Part shown: in pieces, positions 39,423-46,948 of the stretch
Numbering within the stretch: position 1 is the first letter of the stretch
How the letters are laid out: each line of letters begins with the position of its first letter
Assembly: GCA_015069385.1 (NCBI GenBank)
Contig: SVIS01000002.1
Span: 33,480 to 97,479, forward strand
Direction of reading: 5' to 3'
Source: Clostridiales bacterium
Lineage (GTDB): Bacteria > Bacillota > Clostridia > Christensenellales > UBA1242
DNA length: 64,000 bases
The notes under the pieces: generated by a model
Told to the model about the DNA's origin: nothing
The model's database searches: none
What the model saw: the letters and a program-made list of their open reading frames with translations, nothing else
Position numbers and translations under genes: made by a program

Positions 39423-40461
39423 CCACCTCAATATACTTAGTTTTATTATCATCACAATAATTCATAAAAAATTCTTCAAAATATGCCCCAACATTTTTTA
39501 CTATTAAATTATTGCCAACATATAAATTGCTTAAATCTTCTTTTTTTAAATACAACTTACCTAAATAATCACCACTGTCGGAAGATCCTCCAAAAATATG
39601 AATTGCAATTTTATTAGGACCACTTTTATATGTCAATTTAATAAGTTTATTATTTGATGTGGCAATATATATATCATATTTTTTATTATAATAAATTTTA
39701 TCAAAAAAGCCGTTAAAAACTCCATTTTTGGTTATTAATAAAAATTCATCATTGACTTTTTTAACTCTAATAATATTTGTTTTAAGTGATATTGCTTCTT
39801 CAACTAAAAGTCTACCTATTTCTAAATTAACTTCTTCAAACTTAAATTGTTTCAAATTATCATATAAAATATTAAAATCGTTTGAAATTCCGCCAATGTT
39901 AATAAAATTAATGTTAGCAAAATGTGTTTTTATGTAATTTAAAAACTTAAAAATTATATCTTTTTCTCTTTTTATATTTTTTTGAATATAAAATGAAACT
40001 CCAACATTACTACATTTACCTTTTAAAAAATTAATCATTTCAAAACAATCTTTTTTACTAGCACCTAAATGCGAAAGATTATATTTAGATATTTCCATTT
40101 GAGAAAGTCTAATTGAAATTTTACATTCACTTAAATTAGCAAACATAGAAAATTTTTTCAAGGTATTAAAATTATCAAAAGTAAAAAACCTAACGCCATT
40201 TTTATATAGATTTTTTAATGTTTGTATGTCTGCCAAAACATTAATCATGCATATTCTTTTCGGTTTGATACCAATATCTTGCAGTTTTTTTAAATGAGAA
40301 ATGTTGCTTATTAAAAAGTTTGAATTTAATTGCTTTAGTTCTGCTATTACACTTTTATTAGAATTAGTTTTTAAAGAATAATAGGTATTTCCTAAACCTG
40401 AAAATTTTTCATATTGTTGCCTTAATACTGATTTATTAAAAAATAGTTTTGATTCATTCAT
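39409..40461 (-). CDS. fold-III (alanine-racemase-like) PLP-dependent decarboxylase-family protein, divergent
   Basis: 350 aa. YYSLKTNSN (PLP-lysine context), INIGGI, EIGR, FGGSSDSGD and VGAY occur in the order expected for Orn/DAP/Arg decarboxylases. Several consensus residues are substituted. Confidence 0.6.
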   Translation of the reverse strand: MNESKLFFNKSVLRQQYEKFSGLGNTYYSLKTNSNKSVIAELKQLNSNFLISNISHLKKLQDIGIKPKRICMINVLADIQTLKNLYKNGVRFFTFDNFNTLKKFSMFANLSECKISIRLSQMEISKYNLSHLGASKKDCFEMINFLKGKCSNVGVSFYIQKNIKREKDIIFKFLNYIKTHFANINFINIGGISNDFNILYDNLKQFKFEEVNLEIGRLLVEEAISLKTNIIRVKKVNDEFLLITKNGVFNGFFDKIYYNKKYDIYIATSNNKLIKLTYKSGPNKIAIHIFGGSSDSGDYLGKLYLKKEDLSNLYVGNNLIVKNVGAYFEEFFMNYCDDNKTKYIEVDDEI

Positions 40462-40627
40462 ATTGTCCTCATATATATTACCATTTTGATAATATCATAT
40501 TGTTTATAATTTGTAAACAACTTTTTTAAAAAAGTTTTAAAACTTGCTTATACTATTAAAAAATACCTATTTTATTGTACAAAGTTATGAAATGTGATAC
40601 AATTAAATAAAGTATTAGGTTATATAG

Positions 40628-41533
40628 ATGTTAAAAAAAATTAAATTGAACAATAAGTCATATATTTTATTTTTTCAAAACTACGATTTTTGGAACAAAA
40701 TGATTGCCAAACATTTAAATGGTTGTTGCAATATTGATATAATAACATACAACTTTAATTTTAAAGATTATGGTGAAAATTCTTTTATAAGAAAGTTATG
40801 TAAACTTATCGATTGTGGTTGTTGCGTTCGTTTACTATATTCAAAAAGCGAAAACAATCAAGATTTAGTTAATAATTTTATAAACAAATTTGGAATTGTA
40901 TCAAAAATTAAAGATAACCATTCAAAAGTTTTTTTATCAGACAAAGTTGCATATATAGGTTCATCTAACTTTAGTTTTAATAGTAATTCTAATTTAGAAA
41001 GTGGTTTTTTTACTACTGACAAAAAAATAATCAAACAATTAAAAGACAATTTATTAAATGTTTATTATACTCATAAAAATTTTAAATGGATTACTATCCC
41101 TGATGAATTTCCTATAATTTTAGAACTTGATGACTTTAAAAAATATATTAATATTTTAACTGAAATTAAAAATAAATTTTTAGAAAACAAATGCATTACT
41201 TCTTTATTATACATTGACTTATTAACTAAAAAGCCTAAAAACATTTTTAAAATATTTGAATTTGATATTGATGAGTATTATCAAACAATTAAAACCACCT
41301 TACATCAACTTGAAAATAAAAGCCGAACTAAAATAGATAAGAATAATTATGTTTTTTTAGATGCATTAAACAATGCAATACTTTATACTCAGCAGTATTT
41401 ACAAACACTTGAACAATATATTATTAAAAATGGAATTGTTGAATTATATACTCAATGTGATTTATTAAAAAAAGAAGAAAAAGAAAAGTTTTATAATTTA
41501 TGTAGTGGAAATTATGAATGTAAAAAAACATAA
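40628..41533 (+). CDS. phospholipase D-superfamily (single HKD) protein, Nuc-like putative nuclease
   Basis: 301 aa. One HKD motif, NHSKVFLSDKVAYIGSSNF, at about residue 97. The C-terminal 150 aa are helical with no motif. Confidence 0.7.
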   Translation: MLKKIKLNNKSYILFFQNYDFWNKMIAKHLNGCCNIDIITYNFNFKDYGENSFIRKLCKLIDCGCCVRLLYSKSENNQDLVNNFINKFGIVSKIKDNHSKVFLSDKVAYIGSSNFSFNSNSNLESGFFTTDKKIIKQLKDNLLNVYYTHKNFKWITIPDEFPIILELDDFKKYINILTEIKNKFLENKCITSLLYIDLLTKKPKNIFKIFEFDIDEYYQTIKTTLHQLENKSRTKIDKNNYVFLDALNNAILYTQQYLQTLEQYIIKNGIVELYTQCDLLKKEEKEKFYNLCSGNYECKKT

Positions 41534-41551
41534 TTTTAATTAGTTTTTATA

Positions 41552-41586
41552 AAAAGACTTACTGAAAAAGTCAGTAAGTCTTTAAT
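41552..41586. terminator. bidirectional rho-independent terminator
   Basis: 12-bp stem AAGACTTACTGA / TCAGTAAGTCTT (41554-41565, 41571-41582), between the convergent PLD gene and the DGR operon. Confidence 0.8.
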
Positions 41587-41829
41587 TTAACAATATTGTT
41601 TTTTTAATTTATCTATTTTTTTACTTATCTCATTCACATCTTGTAAAAGCAACTTAAATTTCACCTCACTTGCTTTCATTTCGTTTTCAATTTCAAGCCT
41701 TTGTTCATCATTTGCCTTTGCATAGCGTTTTAAAATGTCAAGTTTTTCTGCCTCCAATTGTTCTAGATCTTTTAATTTATTATCAAGGGCATTATTTGCT
41801 TTTTTTAATGTTTTCATAATATTATCCAT
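41587..41829 (-). CDS. small coiled-coil protein, last gene of the DGR operon
   Basis: 80 aa with heptad-rich sequence. A strong AGGAG RBS overlaps the stop of the target gene, with an 8-nt gap. Confidence 0.6.
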   Translation of the reverse strand: MDNIMKTLKKANNALDNKLKDLEQLEAEKLDILKRYAKANDEQRLEIENEMKASEVKFKLLLQDVNEISKKIDKLKKQYC

Positions 41830-41837
41830 ATATGCTC

Positions 41838-44672
41838 CTACCTTGTAATTTGACTTACTGCCTGTTGTATTTGCTCAAGAGTTTGCCTACTTTCTTCAAT
41901 ACTTTTTCTAATTGCTACGCTATTTGTTTTTGTTACCTCAGCATAAGTTTTAATTATATATTGGGCATTCCTTGCATCAGAATAACCAGCATAATTTCTA
42001 TGTCTTGCTTTTGGATTACTTTCTCTTTCAAAACGTTGAGATAGTTCACGTTTTAAATCGTTATAACCCTCGCCTGTTGTTACGCGTTCCACTTTAATTC
42101 CATCTTTATTCATAGCAGTCATGATTGCTACCGCAGACTCCTCTACCGCATCTACGAGTGCTTTTGCAGAAATTCTACGACCTTGCTTATCAGCAGAACG
42201 CAATTCATTTAATACTTTTGTTGGTATTTCAATATTGTCGTAACAAACTGTTTTTGTTTGTGGATCATACCAAATATATGCTTGCCCCAATATTCTTACT
42301 TCACCGGTAGGAGCGCCCTGTTCATTTAACACACTTTCTTCAAAGACTAAAAAGCCCGCATTAGGATTTGTATAACCATCATCTACACATTCTTCACCTG
42401 CCCCACCAAGCACTTGGCAACAATTTGTTATATCACCTAAAACAAAGCCAAGAGGGTCATCTTTTTCAAGAACTCTAAATTTTACACAACTTTTTTCATC
42501 TGATTTATCGGCACGAATAATATATGAATCTTTTAGTTTTTTTGCTTTTTCGTATATCTCTTGAATTTCATCAAACTGGTCTTGGTCGTAACCATATTTA
42601 CCAACAATTTCTGCTAATATTTCATTACCTTCTTCAATATCATCATATTCAATAATGCTGCAATGCTCAGCAACAAATCGTGGAGAAAGTAATGCACGTT
42701 CTTCATTACCATTAACAACTCTGTTTGGATAGTTTTTTAAAATTCTGTCAAAAGCATTATGAGCCGAACATAAATAATCTTGACTATCCATTAAGTCGCC
42801 ATCTTTATCACGAAGTCTAAAATTCATAAAGTCAGGGTTTTCGTGGTAATATTTCATAAAAAATTTGGCAAAGTTAGGATTATATTCATCTTTTAAAGTC
42901 ATTTTAGAAAATCTTGAATGAATTTCCGCACCCAATTCAGAAGGCGATGTGTTTTGATTTTTTGTTTTTGCAATATAATTTAAAACATAATTATATGCTC
43001 TTTCACACTCACCTTGATTTTCAGAAAAACCACCTATAGCATAAAATATTTTCATTAAGTCTATAAGAGAATTATTTTTTTCTGTACCTTCTAGGGTATC
43101 AAATTTTAGTGTTTTTACAAGTCTACCCCACCTTTGATTGTTATTATTTATAAAATATTTTTTCATTTGACTAGCAGGAAAAACTAGCATAGTATACTCA
43201 GGTGGAATAAACTTAATATTTCCATTTTGTTTCCATGTTTTTAGCTGAACATAATTTTGCCTAAAATTTGTATTAAATACTTTTTTTAACTGTTCTATAC
43301 TAAAATCTAATCTATATGAACCATTTTCTAATTTTTGATCAATTTGGTGAGAAATAGTTACATGCTTTTTATCTTTAGATAAATAAATATACATATAACT
43401 ATTAATATTTGTATAATGTTTATCTAAAAAAGCATTTTCAATATTACTTATTTGTTTTGTACCTGTTTCAAAACAAATTTGTGTGTTATTCAAGCCAGCG
43501 AAAGCATAATCTCCAAGTTTTGTTACATGTGATGGAATATATATTTTATTTATTCCAATACACCCCTCAAATGCATGTGCGCATATTTCATGTTCATTAT
43601 CTGGTATTATATATTCTACAGTAGGTTCCCTGGTTAAATTTAATGCTTGCTGCAAAAAGCCACTATTGGTAAAATCCCATTGATATTCGGCTTTATATTG
43701 AGAATTACCATCTATTTGTTTAGAATTTGCACTATTTAAAAATGCCCTAACTAGAGAGTTTTGCCACATTGAACAATTATCATGGTCATATGTTGGATAA
43801 AAAGGTAAGCCGGATAAAATTGCCTCTTCGGTTTCTAATTCTAAATATTTATCAGCACCAAAACGCTTGCCTTTTGAATTAATACTTTTAGGTAGTTGTT
43901 CCCAGTTTTTTATTTCAAATGTAACGGGCTCAACTTTAACCCATTCAACACTACCGGTTTTTGGAACTATTGTTCCATCTTCATAAATATGATTTTTTGA
44001 ATCATTCCAAACAATTACCCTTACATATTTTTTGCCTTTATATATAAATTCAGGATTTTGTTTAGATAAAAAATCTTCACCATATTCACGTTGACCGTTT
44101 GTTGTATAAAGCCTGCCAGTTGCCTGCAACTCAGGCTTTAGCATTCCTCCTTGGTATTGGTTTTCAAGTTCTAAAAAAAGATTTTGAGGTACTTTTGTTT
44201 TAGGGTATTCACCTATATTTATAAAATGTTTTGTTTTTTTATCTATTTTTTTGTGTAAAATATCAATTTTACCGCCACCCGCACTACGTGCGGAGATATA
44301 AGATTCCAGATTGAGGTACAAAGCGGGGCACAGCGACAGACTCCTAGCTCTAACATTGTCCCAACCCAAAGAGCCATCGTAGTCTATAAACCTAACAATG
44401 TTGCTAGAATAGGCAGAGCGAAGCCAAGGAGCACCAGCCCTTTTATCCCGGGCCGTATCACACAAACTGCTTTGCCATGAATAATTCATTAAAGCAAAAT
44501 CGGTTAATGTTTTGATTCGCTCATTTTCGGGAATATTCTTGACTTCTTCATAAGAATTTAATTTTATGTAGTCTGAGGTAAATAAACTATTATTTCCTTT
44601 TTCGCCAGTTGTAGTTGTATTATCTAATTTTTGCAATATTACCATTTTTGAAAAATCTATATTTTTGCTCAT
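41838..44672 (-). CDS. DGR variable (target) protein: N-terminal C-type-lectin-like variable domain, BspA-type LRR segment, large uncharacterised C-terminal region
   Basis: 944-aa uninterrupted ORF with a GGAGT RBS. It contains VR (codons 78-118) encoding ...GAPWLRSAYSSNIVRFIDYDGSLGWDNVRARSLSLCPALYLNL. No signal peptide or TM helix. Confidence 0.85.
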   Translation of the reverse strand: MSKNIDFSKMVILQKLDNTTTTGEKGNNSLFTSDYIKLNSYEEVKNIPENERIKTLTDFALMNYSWQSSLCDTARDKRAGAPWLRSAYSSNIVRFIDYDGSLGWDNVRARSLSLCPALYLNLESYISARSAGGGKIDILHKKIDKKTKHFINIGEYPKTKVPQNLFLELENQYQGGMLKPELQATGRLYTTNGQREYGEDFLSKQNPEFIYKGKKYVRVIVWNDSKNHIYEDGTIVPKTGSVEWVKVEPVTFEIKNWEQLPKSINSKGKRFGADKYLELETEEAILSGLPFYPTYDHDNCSMWQNSLVRAFLNSANSKQIDGNSQYKAEYQWDFTNSGFLQQALNLTREPTVEYIIPDNEHEICAHAFEGCIGINKIYIPSHVTKLGDYAFAGLNNTQICFETGTKQISNIENAFLDKHYTNINSYMYIYLSKDKKHVTISHQIDQKLENGSYRLDFSIEQLKKVFNTNFRQNYVQLKTWKQNGNIKFIPPEYTMLVFPASQMKKYFINNNNQRWGRLVKTLKFDTLEGTEKNNSLIDLMKIFYAIGGFSENQGECERAYNYVLNYIAKTKNQNTSPSELGAEIHSRFSKMTLKDEYNPNFAKFFMKYYHENPDFMNFRLRDKDGDLMDSQDYLCSAHNAFDRILKNYPNRVVNGNEERALLSPRFVAEHCSIIEYDDIEEGNEILAEIVGKYGYDQDQFDEIQEIYEKAKKLKDSYIIRADKSDEKSCVKFRVLEKDDPLGFVLGDITNCCQVLGGAGEECVDDGYTNPNAGFLVFEESVLNEQGAPTGEVRILGQAYIWYDPQTKTVCYDNIEIPTKVLNELRSADKQGRRISAKALVDAVEESAVAIMTAMNKDGIKVERVTTGEGYNDLKRELSQRFERESNPKARHRNYAGYSDARNAQYIIKTYAEVTKTNSVAIRKSIEESRQTLEQIQQAVSQITR
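44279..44293 (-). other. GC-rich hairpin 25 nt downstream of VR
   Basis: The coding strand reads CCGCAC-GTA-GTGCGG (6-bp GC-rich stem), inside otherwise AT-rich coding sequence. Confidence 0.5.
44319..44440 (-). repeat. DGR variable repeat (VR)
   Basis: 122 bp matching 45976-46097, with 11 mismatches that all fall at template-adenine positions. In frame within the 944-aa ORF. Confidence 0.93.
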
Positions 44673-44733
44673 AGGTATACTCCGTTTTTTTTATTGTAAC
44701 AAATTTCATTATGATTGTAAAGACTATAATTAA

Positions 44734-45756
44734 CTAAATTTTATACTTATTTACAAAGATTCTATAAATTTTATTGGAATGTGAATAATTTAAATGTGCT
44801 TTATAAGAATTTAATCTTATTTTTATATATGCATTATTAATAAGACCGATCTTTTTATATTTAGACATTAATTTAATTCTTTTTTTTAATTTAATTTTTG
44901 CTTGTAAGCGTAGGAGTCTTATTACTTTACCATTGTCTAGTAAAATATTTCGAAACCCTAAAAAATCTATACCATTACTCAATTTAGAAATTTGCGTTTT
45001 ATGGTTTAATTCAAGCAATAATTTTTCTTTACATACCTTTTCAATTTCTTGTTTACAATATTTTAAATACTCTTTACTTTCATGTACTAATATCATATCG
45101 TCCATGTATCGCACATAATACCTTATTTTTAGTTTTTCTTTAATTAATCTATCAATCATATTTAAATAGTATAAAGCAAACCATTGACTAGTTTGATTAC
45201 CTATTGGTAAACCAACTCCTTGTTTTTTATTTCTACTATCTATTATCATATTCAAAAAACTAAGTTCTTCTGCATCAAAATTTGCTTTTAATAAAAGTTC
45301 TTTCAGCACATTATGATTTATACTTTGAAAATATTTTTTAATATCACATTTTAAAAAATAACCTTGATTGTTTTTATGAATATTATAAAATGAATGTAAA
45401 AACTGATTTAGCCTTTTTAATCCAAATAACGTACCTTTGTTTTTTCTGCAAGCTACGTTATCATAAATTAATTTTTTATCTAATTTTGGAGCAATGATAT
45501 TTTTAGTTAATGCCATTAGCACAACTCTATCTTTATATGAAAGAGCCTCTATGTTACGTTTTTTAGGTTCAAATATGTAAAATTGCTTATACTCACCTAA
45601 TTTATATGTAAAATTTAATAAACTTTTTGAAAGTTCTGTAAGGTTTTGCGAAAGATTAACTTCAAAAATTATTGTATCACGTTTATGTTGTTTATTGCAG
45701 CGACATAAATTATGTGCGTGTAGTAATCTTTCAAAAGTAAAAGCCTCGTGTAACAT
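44734..45756 (-). CDS. DGR-type reverse transcriptase
   Basis: 340 aa. RT motifs include IGNQTSQ (DGR-specific [ILV]GxxxSQ) and YVRYMDDMIL (YxDD). AGGAGG RBS. No maturase or endonuclease domains. Confidence 0.93.
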   Translation of the reverse strand: MLHEAFTFERLLHAHNLCRCNKQHKRDTIIFEVNLSQNLTELSKSLLNFTYKLGEYKQFYIFEPKKRNIEALSYKDRVVLMALTKNIIAPKLDKKLIYDNVACRKNKGTLFGLKRLNQFLHSFYNIHKNNQGYFLKCDIKKYFQSINHNVLKELLLKANFDAEELSFLNMIIDSRNKKQGVGLPIGNQTSQWFALYYLNMIDRLIKEKLKIRYYVRYMDDMILVHESKEYLKYCKQEIEKVCKEKLLLELNHKTQISKLSNGIDFLGFRNILLDNGKVIRLLRLQAKIKLKKRIKLMSKYKKIGLINNAYIKIRLNSYKAHLNYSHSNKIYRIFVNKYKI

Positions 45757-45975
45757 ATTCCTCCTTATTATTAATTTGTGCCACCCCTCTATAATATTAG
45801 ATAAACTTCCAAAGCACGTTTGCGTTAGTTGTTAAGGTGGCAATCTTCTTCTGCTTCTTATTTTAAAAAGAAGTTCAGAAAAGAATAAAGTCCCTTTGCC
45901 TTATACACACGATTATTCTACTTAGAATAAACACTTCTGGCTGTTTTATAATGATTAAATTTCATTCTTCAAAGG

Positions 45976-46097
45976 CAAATCGGGGCACAGCGACAGATTC
46001 CTATCTTTAACATTGTTCCAATTTAAAGAGCCATCGTAGTCTATTTACCTAACATTGTTGCTAGAATAGGCAGAGCGAAGCCAAGGAGCACCAGCCC
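45976..46097 (-). repeat. DGR template repeat (TR)
   Basis: Intergenic copy located 45 nt after the avd stop. It has an in-frame TAA and several AAT/AAC codons. I count 29 adenines on the transcribed strand. Confidence 0.93.
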
Positions 46098-46142
46098 AAA
46101 AGCGACTTTATCTTAATTAAAGCGTTGCCGCTGTAATCCATA

Positions 46143-46712
46143 TTAATGTGTATGCCTTAAGGCATCACTTTTTCTCCATGCAATTAATAAATTAATACAA
46201 TCTGATAGTTGCAAAGAAATTTGTTCATATTGTTTTTTTAATATACATTCATTTTCTAATGCTAAAAAAGACATATAACTTAATAATTTTAACTTTAAAA
46301 ATGCAGCATGTTGACAACTTTTTCGCCTTTCTTTGTTTTTAATAGAATCCATTTTTAGTGAATTTGCTTCAATAAGTTGTTCTATACAATCTAGACAGTA
46401 ATTTTGTAGTCTATTTACAAACACTGCTCTAAATTTTTTAGGAGATTTTTCTGTGACTGTAATAACATAAGCCGCTAATTTTTTTGTTTTTGTAATAACG
46501 ATAAGTTCACTTGTATCATTTCTTATTTGCATTTCTTTATTAATTTTTTTTGAATCTTCAGTAAAATCATCTATTTTTTTATAAGTTTTTTTATTAGCTT
46601 GTGCTACAGCCTTTGCTATTTCTATTTTAGAATTAATGCATTCTTTTGTTTCTTCATTTCGTGGAATTATATTTGGTAATCCCACATTTTTGTTTCTTCC
46701 AAAACTATTCAT
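46143..46712 (-). CDS. avd: accessory variability determinant (Avd)-like four-helix-bundle protein
   Basis: Sits immediately upstream of TR. The C-terminal ~125 aa are helical and basic and end in ...LLIAWRKSD, like Avd proteins. The ORF is 189 aa; an internal ATG at 46532 would give 129 aa. Confidence 0.7.
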   Translation of the reverse strand: MNSFGRNKNVGLPNIIPRNEETKECINSKIEIAKAVAQANKKTYKKIDDFTEDSKKINKEMQIRNDTSELIVITKTKKLAAYVITVTEKSPKKFRAVFVNRLQNYCLDCIEQLIEANSLKMDSIKNKERRKSCQHAAFLKLKLLSYMSFLALENECILKKQYEQISLQLSDCINLLIAWRKSDALRHTH

Positions 46713-46861
46713 GCATATATTTTATCACTAAATTTTACACATTACAATATTAATTTTAAATTAAACTTTAATTTCCTAATATCAATATGTCGTTAGTATT
46801 TATTCTTGCATTCATAAAGAAAAAACCCAGTAATAAACAATATGTTTAACTGAGCCTTTTT

Positions 46862-46938
46862 TGGTGCGCGTGAAGGGATTCGAACCCCTGACCTTCGCCT
46901 TAGAAGGGCGCTGCTCTATCCAACTGAGCTACACACGC
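46862..46938 (-). tRNA. tRNA-Arg (anticodon UCU), CCA encoded
   Basis: The reverse complement GCGTGTGTAGCTCAGTTGGATAGAGC...CTTCTAA...GGTTCGAATCCCTTCACGCGCACCA folds as a cloverleaf. Anticodon loop is CTTCTAA. Confidence 0.88.
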
Positions 46939-46948
46939 AAATAAATTT

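Larger units (their letters stand above)
41587..46712 (-). mobile_element. diversity-generating retroelement cassette (avd - TR - RT - target/VR - small ORF)
   Basis: The components listed above are co-oriented with short gaps and bounded by the terminator at 41552-41586. Confidence 0.9.

Noticed and set aside
44734-45756. RT as a retron or group II intron reverse transcriptase
   Set aside because: There is no maturase (X) or endonuclease domain, no intron RNA domains V/VI and no msr/msd-like inverted repeats. Instead there is a TR/VR pair with A-specific mismatches, and the [ILV]GxxxSQ motif characteristic of DGR RTs.
34833-46861. Integrative element (genomic island or prophage) inserted at tRNA-Lys
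   Set aside because: I found no integrase, excisionase or phage structural genes, and no direct repeat of the tRNA 3' end at the far boundary. I report it only as a tRNA-bounded accessory region.
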